64,000 nucleotides of DNA from Ruditapes philippinarum (Eukaryota). Positions within the stretch are counted from its first letter, which is position 1. Every line of letters starts with the position of its first letter. Shown one piece after another: positions 1-13,791 of the stretch. The DNA lies in NCBI RefSeq assembly GCF_026571515.1, contig NW_026854598.1, positions 1 to 64,000 of the forward strand. Reading direction: 5' to 3'. Position numbers and translations under genes: made by a program. The notes beneath the pieces are model-generated. The model was not told the origin of the DNA. It searched no databases and saw nothing but the letters and a program-made list of their open reading frames with translations.

Positions 1-1040
1 CTTTTCTCTTTTCGTGCAATATTTTGAAAAGTATGAAAAGTTTGCATAAAATTGTGCACATAAATATGAATTCACAAATCATTTCAAAATAAAAAATTGC
101 CGCATAGTCATCGATTTTGTTTTTAAATTTGAGATGATTCTGGCTCGAGTTGACTGAGTAAAGGTTCAACCCTCTAGCAAATATTATCATTTTTGTAGTA
201 TCTAAATTTACCCCTTTCCTATTATGCTAAAATATTAAAGTAAACAATCTGTATTGAATTTCAACATCATTTCATCGTGTTTGGTATTAAAATCATTTCA
301 TCTCCAATATTATTAAGATAATATTTGTAAATAGGAATCTGTTGCGGTATTTTCGTATATTTACGGCCTTGTGTCTAGTAAGTTGTTGTGTTCTTCTTAT
401 ATTGAAGAAAAATAATCAAAATTCCTTCAATAAAATAAATGAAAAAAAAGTTTTAAAATGCCGTTTAATTGAAATTAGTGTTTTGTGGAAGCACACTACC
501 TCCCAAGTATTAACTCCATAAATTATTAGGAAACGCATTATGGAAATTTTTTAGGTCCGTCAGCATGACAATACTGAAACAGAGACAATTTAAACTGTGC
601 TAGACATGTTGTTGGTCGAGTTCAAGTCAATACTCGTTTTTCTATAATTTTCAAAATTAAAATTAGAGTATATTAAGGAATTGGACTTGTAATGATTTTC
701 TAGTTGTTCATCAAACGAATTATAAATAATGTTGCATAAAAAAATCTTGTTAACCACATATCTATTTTGTTAAGTAATATTTTATTTGTTTACGCATTCG
801 TCTTCAAAACTACCGCATTCGTCTTCAAAACTACATATCCAGCACGGTATGTGTTATTGTCATAGTTTTATGTTTGTTTCAATTAAAAAGCGGCTTTAGT
901 TTCATGCAATAAATCATTTATTGTATACATATGATATTAAAGTTTATGGTTTACTTGAGTTATCTTTTTCATTTTAATAATGTAATACATGTATTATGAT
1001 TGCTTTAGCGTACACAATAATACATTTCCATTATTAAAAT
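1..1040 (-). repeat. Inverted partial copy of the GPCR upstream module
   Basis: Reverse complement matches 56300-57420, 10240-10740 and 4150-4610. Examples: tttagtttcatgcaataaatca (~895) versus tgatttattgcattaaactaaa (~56415); tgactgagt..ctagcaaatattatcat (150-190) inverted versus 4435-4477. Confidence 0.8.
793..834 (+). repeat. Exact 21-bp tandem duplication
   Basis: cgcattcgtcttcaaaactac x2. Confidence 0.95.
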
Positions 1041-4000
1041 CAAAATACAAATTGGAATAGGGTGGATTAAGGTTATTCAATTTATGAAATATATAACTTC
1101 AAAACACTACCTCTGTATTGATATTCTGTTTTATTGAGATCGACTCAAGCAAAACGAAGTAGAGAAAATATAATTTGGAAATAAAACTTTTGAAACAAGT
1201 TTAAACATCGTGCATCTCAATGATTGCACATATAATCATATGTTTGAACTTGCTGGGCAAAAGATATCACTCAAACTTCATGCCTTGAAATTAAGCAATA
1301 AAGTTTCTAACTGTTTATTTAACAAACTACACACAATTTAGTATAGTAAAGATAAACATCAGTTCGTGTTTTTGTAACATGCTTTTTGTTTGCTTAAAAT
1401 AAACATCTTGAATCCTAAATTATTTAACTACAAAGATTATTGATAACCGGAGTAAACATCATGCTTTAGTTTGATATTTGATGTGATACATTGCTTGTTA
1501 GATAAGAAATTAGGTATATAAATAACTATTGTTTGATTAAGAGATACGAACTTCAGTACGCATTAATCAATATATATTTCAGCGCTTTCGCTATTGGGCA
1601 AAACAAAAGAATAACTAAGCTATTTGCGTAACAAATGTGCACTTTATTAACAAAATGAAGGACACTTACTGAAGAAACAGTTTTCGTACTAAAAAATCCT
1701 AATTATACCAGATAACTTGCGAGACTTAACCCATTACTTCATGAGCATTTTCGAATAGAACTTATTGAGTTCTATTTCTGAACAATATTTACACATGTTT
1801 CAAGTGATTATAGTAACCAATGATATGAAAAGCTGATCTAATTTTTGTTCCAATGGTCCTGAGAACTTCTATCATGAATATTTCTTGCGTTTCCTTCGCA
1901 AAAAATAGCGCCACATTATATGATGCATAAATGACGTCATGTTCATTGCAAAGTCGTTATCATTATTGATAAAGCGCCGAAAAACCAACGACCGTTGCTT
2001 ATAGAAATTGGGGATAAATGACGTAAACGAATTTTATTATATACATCGCACTATTATTTAGTTAAGTGTGAGTCTCAAGAAGACCAAACGTGGGAATTGT
2101 TTGAATCTGCTTTGCCTCCAGTTTGCATGAATTAATTTTCAGGTGGCACACACGTTTAAGCGATGACTTAAAGGCAAGTAAAATAAGTCTACTACTACTA
2201 ATGATGTCAGTTAGGGCGACCACGAACCTCATTGAAAGAGAGCAGCAGTAATACAAATACCTGGCTAACAGCCTACTTTAACATATTTGTTTCAACGAAA
2301 ACTTTTTATGTTGTTAAGTTTGATTCACATACAGTTTCATGGTAACCAAATGATTATTGTAAGAATTAATTTTACTTCTTTATTTGGATTTATATATGAA
2401 TTTAATTAATCACATTTCGTTACGTGCAGTATGAAAAACTTGACAAAAAAAAAACGTTTAAAAAATCATTCTTGTCTTATAGATTCTGTACCTTCGGTCG
2501 TTTTACATGAAACATGTGCGACAATAATAAAGAATCTTAGCATTTGCATTTGCATCACGCAATAATATTATATGTATATAACAGAAACTACAAATCATAC
2601 TGTATAATTATGTAAATGTTCTTGCAATTAAATAGTGTAAAGGTGCCTGAAGGAAATGTCTTCATCAAGCAATTACAGACCAATTATGTCTATTTTCAGC
2701 ACAAATCTGATTCAAACAAACAGATCAATGCCATGAAAACAGGTAAGACAAGAAAAAAATAACTACTCCAATGGCGTCAAATATATGTAACATGATTTTA
2801 GTTAAAGATATGAATAATCGTCGTCTTAAGTGAAATGAAATGTGACGATATCATATTATTAAGTAAATGTTCTTTTTCTCATTACCTAAGTTTTTGCATA
2901 TACAAAAACAATGTTGAATTCATTCTTGCCAATCGGATGTGAATATAAAATAACTCCTCATAAACGAGCATGATATTCTGTATCAGGAAACAATACACGA
3001 TTTGCAGAGCAATGAAGACTATTACAACTATTCTTATAATAGAAATGGAGAATACACGCTTTTCATGCATTAACGCCTGCAGTTACAAGCAAACGCATTT
3101 TAAGCCAGAGACAGCGGGACAATATATTTAATATGGATGAGGGCTTATTCTTGCATCAATGTATACGTAAATGTCTTTTTCTGCTTCAATTTAGATGCAT
3201 TTCTTATAAAGAATTCATTTCTTACCCGATTCGTTCCACTTTGGGGCGTCATTTGACAGTTATGTATTTATAGTACAACTGCTGGGGCATTCATTACATT
3301 AATCTGTATTTACAATGCGCCCTAATTCACGCATAGTAAAATTGTAAAAGAAGGTTACATGGTCAAGAAAATAAATCCATTAATGCAAGTGTTGTCCTTC
3401 GTAAATGTTAACCTGCAAGCGCACTTTTTATACAAGAATTAATGTTGATGTTTTGTGAATATGTGTTGGTAAATATTGTTTTCTAAATACAGTACTGACT
3501 TTGATTCATTTCTTCAAGAATCCTTAGCGACAGCCTTTCTGAATTTTTTCTATTAAAGATACTTTGTAAATTATTGTATTTAAATGGAAATTCTAATGAA
3601 GAGAGCCTTTGCGACTCTAACTCTCCCTCGAAACGGTGACAAGCTGCTGCTTTATTATATAAAAGCATGTAAGTAATGGAAACACTGCTTTCTAGCTATA
3701 ATACTGGTTAAAGTTAAAGCCTCTTTATGATTCAGAAACGAATATATTTAATTTCTTTAGAAAAAGCAATTGTAATTTTTATAACGTTTAAGTAATAATG
3801 TTAGAGTCTGCTCGATTCTTATAATATTACACGAGAAAGGTAGCGTTAAATGTGAAATTATTTGTCATAAAAGCATTAAACTGTTTACAAAGTAGACAAA
3901 TACATCTAGAATATACATGCAGTCATCGTAAGAACTGGTGAATGGTACATTGCAAAATACATAGTACTGGAATAGTAAATGAGACAATTAAAAAAAAATT

Positions 4001-4149
4001 AAAATTGGCTTTCTATTGACAGTCATTTAAATATAAATATAGAATAAATATAAACCAAGTAAAGAAATAAAACGACTTTGATATATCCTTGTTCAATTAT
4101 TAATTTTTTATCACATGGGAAAACATTCACACGGAGTGTGTGAAGTTCA

Positions 4150-4800
4150 GCTTATTTTCATTTATTTTCTTGAAAATGTGTGTTTCCCTACAAAATTTAT
4201 GAAACACATAACAACTTACTAGAAACAATGCCATAAAGATACGGATATCCACAACTTAAGCTTTTTTGACATCATAACTGATTATTATCAACAAATCTGG
4301 TCTTACATGGGGATAACATTACTTTTAAACAAAACACGACGAAATGATGTTGAATGTAATAAAAGTTTCAAAACTTTTTATTTCCTTTACAAAATTATAG
4401 CATTACAGAAATGTTGTAAACTAAGATACTGCGAATATGATAATATTTGCTAGTGGGTGGAACCCTGACTCAGTCAAATCCTTCAATTCGAACTTTTGAT
4501 TTATTAAATGAAGTAATTTGAGAAATTAATTTTCAATTCTATGTTTATTTGCTTGAAATTTGTATCTCGCTAAGAAATATTTCTTCACAAGTATGCATAA
4601 AAAGAGATCAAGTAAAATAAAATAATAAAATAATGCAATATAAGTTACACTGCCTAGTATTAAAAATTATTTAAAATATTATTGTTAACACAAGGTTGAT
4701 AAATGATTAATCAAATTCAATGAAAATTAAACTTAGAATGATTAAATTAATCTTTCGATATCAATGGATTTGGTACAATGTAATTACATGTCCAATCTTT
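4150..4800 (+). repeat. Partial copy of the upstream module
   Basis: acaacttactag, aaacacgacgaaatgatgttga and gaatatgataatatttgctag anchors shared with 24150-24750, 57050-57540 and (inverted) 1-450. Confidence 0.7.
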
Positions 4801-6059
4801 AATGTTCCGAATCATTATTTTAAAATTGTTTTTGAATTACAGACGTTATAGTTAATATTAGAGAATTGAGCAATAAGAATTGAAAATGGTTTAAAGGAAT
4901 TAAAATGTCACTGTAAGATTGAATTATGACATTCAACATTATCTCTAATCAACAGACATGACAATATAATAACAGCGATAATACATGTAGACAGAAATAA
5001 GTTTTTTAAAATCACAAATAAAAGCGAAACATGTAATAACTAAAAATATGAACTTAATTTCGATATAATTTTGATTTGAGTCTATCCTTGTACTTGATTT
5101 CTTAACATTCTGTGTATGGAAATCAATCTTTCAATACAGAGGAAGATTATTTAAGGGCGGTATTTCGGATGTCAGCTACTTATTGATTCCAAAATCTAAT
5201 GTGGGAAAGTAAACACGCAAATCGGAAACAAGAAGACATACTTAGCATATCGAACGACATTTTACGAAATATAAGAAAGAAATCTGATGAAATTAAATAT
5301 TTCACATAAAACAACACAAACGCTTCAGCGTGTAACAAACAGATTAATTATAGTAAACTCAAACAGCACTCACTATTGAACTATTGTTACAACTATTTAT
5401 TTGATCTAAGAAAACGATTCCCTATGTTGTTCATCACTTTATCAATTTTAGTAAATGTACCACTCAAAAAAGCATACATTATACCTGTCCATCAAATAAT
5501 AGTGGTTGTGCATTTAAGCTTTGATCGTATTGAATAAAATGAGCGGTATTACTAGAATGACAGTTGACATTCTCTATGTGAATAACAATCATTTTCTTGA
5601 ACTTTGAATATGTGGCTTAAAATTTAATCTATTTATATTTACAATCCAAACCAAGTTTATCAATATCTGTTTAAAAACTTCTTTTCATACAAAACATTTT
5701 TATTGAATAATAAATTTTCTTTTAAAAATATTAACAATGCACCAGTTTTAAGACTGTTTGCCAAGTCAGTTTTTATTGACGAAGCTTTTAGGTCTTGGTA
5801 CAATTCAATGTGTATTTTTCAATAATAAGTTAAACTTTACGTCACATATTATGACAAAAATATGAAATCCTTTCACAACTGGTTGAACAAGGAGTAGTCA
5901 CAATTTTGGTCAGTACCATGTGCCTCATCAATGTAATATAATTGATGCAATCCTTATTACCTAGTCAGAAATGGTAGAATTGATGCTTTCGTCTTAATTA
6001 TTTTATTATTTTATTGGGCCATTGTCGGTGATTATCGAATCGCTCTGTTTTTTCACGAT

Positions 6060-6320
6060 AAACAAATTGCAATAAAAAGGACAGATATGCTATGTACAAT
6101 AGAAGTCACCTTTTACCAAAGGCCATGCTAGATATGAAATTATTGAAATAAAATATCACAGTGAGTTAAGTCGAACCCTTCGTCGTGATTCTTTTGATAG
6201 CGATTGATTTAGGTTTTGATCAGATACGATGTAATGAACTATGTATGGTATAATATATGATATGATTTGATATTACATATACACGATACTGTAGAAAACA
6301 CGTTCTAAGAGTACATTTAA
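6060..6320 (+). repeat. Direct repeat of 7490-7755 with an identical 46-nt core
   Basis: gaaataaaatatcacagtgagttaagtcgaacccttcgtcgtgatt is identical at 6145-6190 and 7576-7621. Confidence 0.85.
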
Positions 6321-6799
6321 AAGCCAAAAAAAAAAAATGCATGGTAATTTCATTTCTTAAACTTACAATTTTATTGTAGTTTAACTGAAATGATTTTTAA
6401 TATGATGCATAATGCTGATGTTTTTTTTTTTCTTCTTCATGTAAACATTTAACGTAAATGAATAAAACCACCAAAATTATAGAAAATATTTAAAGATATC
6501 TTTTGGTAAAATATTTCTATCTTAGAAATGTATTGAAATCCATGAAAGTCTTGGTGAATATGTTTAATTTGAATAAAATAATGAATAAACTATGTATGGG
6601 AAGCTGCATTCCCTATTAAGGATCAAGTCAAGTTTGTCTTTTCTTAAAAAAAACTGCCAGTTTTTTTAATGACACTATATATTCATTTGGTGACCACATA
6701 TAGTGTGTAGAGTTCAAAACATAACATATCTACTTTAAATGAAGTCGAAACATGTTTATTTTATACGTACAAAGAGACTGTGTAGCAATTATTAATATT

Positions 6800-7220
6800 T
6801 ATTACATGCTTTTCGATGGTTTATAGAAATATATCAGTGATTTGTTTGAAACAGTGAAATTACCACTTTGATAATTTCACTGTTTTGAGTTTAAGCCCAT
6901 TACGTTGTTTCAGTGAAATGCTAGCGTGCACAGTACTGGGTACCAACTTAATGACGTGACGTCGTAAATGACGTCACGTTGTATTATTATTTGGCGCGCT
7001 TTTTATTCAATATTAGGTTTTATGTCTTTTTAAAACGTTTCTTTGCATATAATAAAAAGAAAATTTGTTTAGTTTAGTTTAAGATCAAAATATATTTCAC
7101 CTTGTGAACACCAAAAGTTCATATTTCACTCGTGGATGCGCCACTCGTGAAATATACCTTTTGGTGCTCACTCGGTGAAATATATTCCGATCTTACACTG
7201 AACTAAACTGAACTAAACTC
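6800..7220. mobile_element. Palindromic non-autonomous element (Crypton-like/MITE-like)
   Basis: Hairpin with arms of about 70 bp (7068-7210) centred on cactcgtgg-atgcg-ccactcgtg. Second palindrome aaacagtgaaatta..taatttcactgttt (6839-6885), plus tgacgtca motifs. The family assignment comes from recalled architecture. Confidence 0.55.
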
Positions 7221-7419
7221 TATTTTTTAAAATCAAATTTGGGCATAGTATATCTTAAAACGCAATTATGCAAATGATCACAGTCAATAGGCCATACACG
7301 CGAAAGACGAATGCGAACAATTTGTGTATACATGCATTAAAAAACTGATCACTAAATATGCAAAAGACATGAGGGTGCATTACACTAAGAAATACGTGAA
7401 AAGAGAATAATTAACATGT

Positions 7420-10400
7420 TCGTTATTCCGAATCCTTATAATATTAATTCAACAACAATAGAAAAGTATTTAAAGTATAGGGTCAACGATAAAAGAATTA
7501 AATAAAAAAGGACAGATGTACTATGTATAATATAAGTCTCCTTTTACAAAAAACCATGCTTTGATTAAATTAATAGAAATAAAATATCACAGTGAGTTAA
7601 GTCGAACCCTTCGTCGTGATTGCTTTGATAGCGACTAAGTAAGGTTTTGATAAGATAAAAGATATTGAACTATAATATGATCTGATATATGATATATGTT
7701 ATGATATGACATACACATGATACTTTAAAAAGCACGTTCTGAGGGTGCATTTTAATTTAAATCATAAAAAGGTTATTGCATTAAACCATTTTTGCTTTAT
7801 AACGTTTTCATTAATAAATTGATTATTAGAAATTCAGATTTTTAAAGTATACTTTTTTATTTATTTGGCACAGTTTTTAGAGACAATAATACGATCTCTG
7901 TAGTAAGTCTTGTCCGTCAAATGTATAAATTACTAAGTGAATATAATAAGATTAGTATCGATAAATGTTGTTGTTGTTTTTTTTTTTATTTTTACGGCAC
8001 GTCAACACATAACTGGCCATATCGTGCCGAATGCTATTAAAGGCTTAAAATATTATGTAAAACTTTGTAAATGACAATAGAAATGAACCAATTAGATCCT
8101 AGAATACAAGTTTATCTCTTTCAAATAATCAATTATGTTTTTTGATGGAATTGTATTAAAAAATTTTTGAGTGGTTTTACAGAATAAAATCTATTACGGG
8201 CCTGTGAAAAATCATGACATTCAAGAAGAAAATGCTTGACAGTAAAATTTTCATTACAACCTACACAGAAAGGGGCATTGTCATTTGTAAGGAGATAAGA
8301 GTGGATAATTTGTTAGAGTGTTTCTAATTCGGCATCGAAGAAGAACTGTTTGATCACGGCGGCTTGACATAGATAAAGATGGTGACACATCAAGAGATGG
8401 GTTTATATCGTGAAGTTTATTAAAAACGCATTGTCCCAATTTGCTTTCCATTCAGATGATACGAGTTTATTTATAGCCGGTTTTATAGCCGGTCTAAAAT
8501 CACAGGCAGGTAACAATAAGTCAGTTTTTTGAAAATTTAATGATTGTTTAGCATCTACCTACTTTTTCATTTCCTCGTATTCCTACATGACTTGGAATCC
8601 AATATGATTTAACATATTTTGTTTTTAGTATATCATGAAATCGTAAAAGAAGTTTCTTTACCATGATATTGTCAGATTTTTTATTTTTAATGGATATTAA
8701 AACAGAAAGCGAGTCAGAAATATGACAAATTTATCGTGGGTATGCTGTGCTATGTATGACAATGCTAAATCGATAGCTTTTGCTTCAGCAGTAAAAATTG
8801 ATGCATTATCTGGTAACCTCATACTAGATGTAAAATTATTTTCAAACACAGCCGCACCTACTTTGCAACCTTCTTTTGAACCGTCCGTATAAATATGTAT
8901 AAAATCTTCATGTTCTTCCTTAATTGCTATAAACTTCTCTTTGAATGTGAATAGAATAAAATATAGCTTATATTATAAGCAAAGGTTATCATATATGAAT
9001 TATTGTACTAGAGATAAGTATGATTTCAAGTCTCACCGGACATTTGTTATTTTTAATAAGTTTTCAAGTGCTATTGATTAAGTAAGCATATTTTATTTTA
9101 TTACTTAAGCGAAAACTATTTTTTACGCGAATAGCTTTATTATTCTCTGTTATCCTTCGAGCGAATACCATTATTGGTTTGCACTAAAGTCATATCACAA
9201 AGTTAAACATCGTTTGTTACGTAAATGTACCAAATTGGTACAGCATTGTAGAATGTATTGTCATTAAAATATATTTTATGTTCTAAAAATGTATTTCCGC
9301 CCATACATTTTACATTTTAAGTGCTTATTTGTAGAATATTAAACAGTAAAACTAAATGACTTTATATCTGACAAAATATTGACTATCCGACATAGAACTC
9401 AAAACATTTATATAAATCCTACATTATCTACTTTCTTCCTGTCAATTGCACACTACAAAGACCTTTCAATATGTGAAGCTTCGTAAATAATGTTAGAAGA
9501 TAAGAAAATGTATCTTAGCTTGTAAGCGACCTAACGGACGTAAGACCTTTCAACAATTCGAGTCCTCATTGTTATTTCTATTGGATACTACAGAAAAATG
9601 TTAATGTTATGAGATTAAATGTATGTAAATGAATAAATGTATGATTTGCTTTTTCACAACATATCTTGAAACAATCTTGGAACCTCATGCACAGATCAAG
9701 AAGCCGGAGATTATAATGTAATGTTCTTCCGGGTTTTGTTCATTTATGTTTCTTACATTCTCTTTGTAGTATAGACATATAATTGATCAAAGCATTATGG
9801 GTTTATAATTATATATAACGAGACATACGAATACAATCATTAAACAATTTATAAGACCTGAATATATGATTCATTTATATATAATAAAAAAAACAATACA
9901 AACAAAGTGGCTAACATAATACTTTTATCATTTTAACAACCGTCAACACGTTATTTTTATATTTGTTAAGAGGAAGTTACAAAATAATAAACGCATATTG
10001 TGGCCAAAGATATATTTTGAATTTGATAGCGCCAAATTATTAGCAGCATGGCTATAAAAAGTTTATTACAGTTCAGTTAAGTGGAAAAGATTTTCTTCTA
10101 AGCAATATATAAGCCCTTTGTTTACACTAGCAAATATCAATACAAAAGTAATTCCTTGTTGCAGCCTATCCTATTACAATTTTGCATTAACTTCTTAATT
10201 AAGTAGTTAAACGAGCCTTAAATATCTATTTAAATTAAAAAGTATATTATTGTGTATGGTAAAGCAATCATAAAAATATAAGCTATTATAATGAAACAAT
10301 TATCTTATAATAAAAAGACTATAAACTGTTATAACACGAATAAAAATATAATTGTTTTATTGCATGAAACTAAAACAGCATTTCTTAACTGAAACAAACA

Positions 10401-12310
10401 TTAACAATATCTGTGCATGTGAATATTACATGTAACCTTATTTCTATTTCGTTTAATTTACTGATTTAAACGATTACATGTTCAATTCCTGCTATATTTT
10501 AGCCGAGGTAAATCTACAGGTCGATATGTACCCCTTTTAAGAAGTAAAGATAAAGTGCCCCGAACACGTTACCTTGGTGTACTTAGAACACATTACTTGA
10601 TTCTAAATGAAAATTACCACAAATGTTCAATAAAACTGTCTGCCATGTTTATATTATCCTTTTATTACATTGGTTGATCGATGTAGTACAGCAATATGTC
10701 CTTAAAATAACTCAAGCTGTCTCTGTTTCAGTATTGTCATGATAATTAAATTCAGTATTGCATTTCGTGTTGTATATTTTTGTATATATTTTCTGGACCT
10801 TTGAGATTAATGATTTCAATACTAATGGCGTCTAGTTTTGACTAATTTGCAACATGTCAGTCGGTGCTAGGGATGTGAAAGGTGAAGCATCTTCCACCAA
10901 CTCAATTAAACGGACAGTGTGATTTTAAACATCTTTATTGTCACATTTATTTTGAATATGGATCTTTTTGAGAATTGATTTTTAGCTTCTGTTACATGTA
11001 TACACATCATCGTTAAGAATTAATATTTTTTCACAATCAATACTCAAGCTTTCAATAACATATAAGGAATTTTTACTCCAAAGTATTTAAATTAACTGTT
11101 AAACCTACCATATGTCAGACCTTTTTACATACGATTTATACAGTGAGATACGCAACCCGTTATCTTTACTCGAAATACCACTGATAAGAATAGCCGATCG
11201 TCTGCTAGTTCTGACAGTGTTTATCGGTGTATTGTCAAATATTTGTGTGTTTTTTTTTCTTCTTTGATCTGGGGGGATCTTCCCTTTTTCCAAACGTTTA
11301 TTTAAACCTTCAAAAGTTTTAATTTAGCCACGAATTTTGCATTTTTATTTACATTTAATACAACATATAACGTAATAAGCCTAAACTTTCATTTAGGAAT
11401 TACTTGAGAATATAGAATTAGAGTGAAACAACATATAAAAGAAATGATTCACAAATATGTGAGTTACTTTCTAGTTAAGGCAATACAATATCATTGACAC
11501 TTCTAATAGAAACCTGTAAATAAAACTGCATTAATGTATATAAAATATAAGAAATTAGATTTAATGTTATTATTATTATGCAATAACTGAAAATATTGAT
11601 TAAATATAGATATAGTTTTGACATTTATCATATTCTTAATACGATATAAGTCTCCGACACAACATTATTTGAAACTGAAACAATATCACTGAAACACACC
11701 TTATAAACCTAGCGACCCAAGATGATTTAAAATCATACTTAAATCATTTACATGTAACCTTATAGTACATTATTGCCTCATGCTTTGGTACGTATTGTTG
11801 GATTTGAAGTGTAACTACGTTTTAGTTTAATTATTCAAGAATTGTTGTAAATGAATTAAAACAAATACATAAATCAAAATAATGCTGTGATCATAATCTA
11901 TGAAATATAGTTTATATCATCAGATGGTATAATAACGATTAAAAACCATCAGTTTTAGTTAAAACGTTTTCAGAAAAATACATATCATTTTCAGTGAAAG
12001 GAAACATAAATTACATATATAATTGTGATTACAAAATGCAATAATATTTATAAAAAGTGACGAAATTAAAATTTAGTAATTATCTTCCGCATGCGATGTG
12101 TGAACACTTTGGTTATCAAAGTGTTGTAATTGGAACAGTTTCGCTGTATTCATTATGACCTAAAAACAATTTTGCAATTTAGATAAAAGGTCTAATGTTT
12201 TAAGGAATTCTTCACTTAGAAATACGTAATTGTTTTACCGGTCTTTTATGACATAACTATTTGTGAATCAATCAAATAATTCAACTAGAGTACCAAGTTA
12301 GATGTCACAT
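7420..12310 (+). repeat. Copy of the upstream module (interrupted by a LINE), no CDS
   Basis: Collinear with 22060-24150 and 54200-57000, e.g. gcgaatac..tttgcact (~9160/~22870), gcgccaaattattagca (~10030/~23465), cagcctatcctattaca (~10160/~56205). Confidence 0.8.
7967..8952 (-). mobile_element. 5'-truncated LINE (I/Nimb/Jockey-like), RNase H plus C-terminal CCHC region, degenerate
   Basis: Minus strand translates IYTDGSKEG..GAA..ASIFTAEAKAI..DSLS..WIPSHVGIRGNE..RCRI..CVGC..TVKHFLLEC with frameshifts. The 3' UTR ends gttgacgtgccgtaa followed by an A/(AAC)n tail. Confidence 0.9.
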
Positions 12311-12946
12311 TGATTTACCAAAGAAGAAAATAATCTATTTCGAATCGCTTTAAATCAACATATCTGCTATGTGCCTTTTACTGCGTTGTTGCTACTAAAA
12401 TTGGCGCCATCAATTCCAAGTATATCTGAAAAGTGTCCCGGTGTTCGCCTTCTACCGTATTCGTTTGTTATCTTGTTTTAAAGTAACTTTTGCACGTCAA
12501 ATCATGAAAACCGTAAAAAGTTGTTTACTTCTTCAGATGAAATAAACATGCAAGGATATTGTAACGTGGTTTGAATTGTTGTTTATAGATATAAATAATT
12601 CAGTACGAGCCATAGATGTAACGCTGAAATTATAAGTTATAACATTTTTGGCAGATATTTTGCCTAACCGAACCGTCAGAAAAAATACTTCATAAATTTA
12701 CAGCAGCCATGTGTAATTTATATATGAGAATCACGAGTATCCAATGAAAAGTGACGTTATAAAGGTGCAGTAGTATAAAATAACTGTATTCATTAGTTGA
12801 TGTATATTCAATTATATGCATCAATTATAGCTTCCAGTTCAATCCACTTTATCATGATTTTGTATAAATTTTGTGTTTGATGTGAATATTGTAACTTGAT
12901 GAAAAAATAAATATGTTTAAACCAATACAAACAAACAAAAACAAAA

Positions 12947-13247
12947 TAGTTTGTTAGTTAGGAGAAGAACCTAGCTGACCTAACCGCAATACTTCACGAA
13001 GCTTTAAAACTCTTGGCTGCATGCTATTGACACTATTTAACATCGTTTTTTTTTGCACGAACTATGTATAATTGACATGTATCGCATAAATGGTTAAGTA
13101 AGCACTCAATTGATGCAATATATGTGTACTGGTCGGAGACTATCAACCGGACACTTTTGGAACATTTTTCCGTACATATTTCATAATTTTTAACCTAGAA
13201 ACCAACAAACGCCGGTCAGCTAGGTTCTTCTCCTAACTAACAAACTA
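12947..13247. mobile_element. MITE-like element with perfect 34-bp inverted repeats
   Basis: TAGTTTGTTAGTTAGGAGAAGAACCTAGCTGACC at 12947-12980 and its exact reverse complement at 13214-13247. Confidence 0.75.
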
Positions 13248-13791
13248 GTTTTTTTTCTGATTGTATTGACACTTATATGTGAGGCTCGACAAGGAGGGTA
13301 TCAAAGTTACCTAAACTGTCTACACTACAGTACCATGTGTCCGGGCAGATATGTACATGACCTGATTTTATTCAAATAAAAGCTTGGGCGTTTCCATTTT
13401 TGATTTTTAATATGATATACAATATTTCCGCAACAAAACTGAAGATTTGGATATTCTTTTGTGTACAGTAATCTTCAAATGATTATAGCTGGTATATGAG
13501 GTCAGGCATTGTTTTCTTCACCCCCAAATTTCAATGTCAACATACTTGAAATAGACATTAAAATATTACCATTTACGGAGGTTGAAATAAATCTATTTAC
13601 TTAAATTTAGAAGAAACATGAAGCCATTGTTGATTAAAAAGTGACTGACAACCACTGAACAAAGAAAATACTAGATTAAGCATTTTCGGGGCCGTCCGGG
13701 TTTGGAAGTTGTCTGGTTTTGGTGGTCCCCAACCAGTAAATCAGTTCAGTCTACTTTTGTCAATAGCTTTATTAACGCTACTAAAGCTATA

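Noticed and set aside
2061-2135. Sushi/CCP-like peptide VKCESQEDQTW..PPVC
   Set aside because: It is only a C..W..P.C pattern ending in a stop, with no partner exons found.
2700-2742. Candidate micro-exon (ttttcAG..AG|GTAAGA)
   Set aside because: Isolated splice-like pairs are expected by chance in 64 kb, and there is no homology or linked exon.
12840-12945. Possible LINE 3' terminus (aataaatatgtttaaacc plus AAAC tail)
   Set aside because: Too short and AT-rich to assign without a library search.
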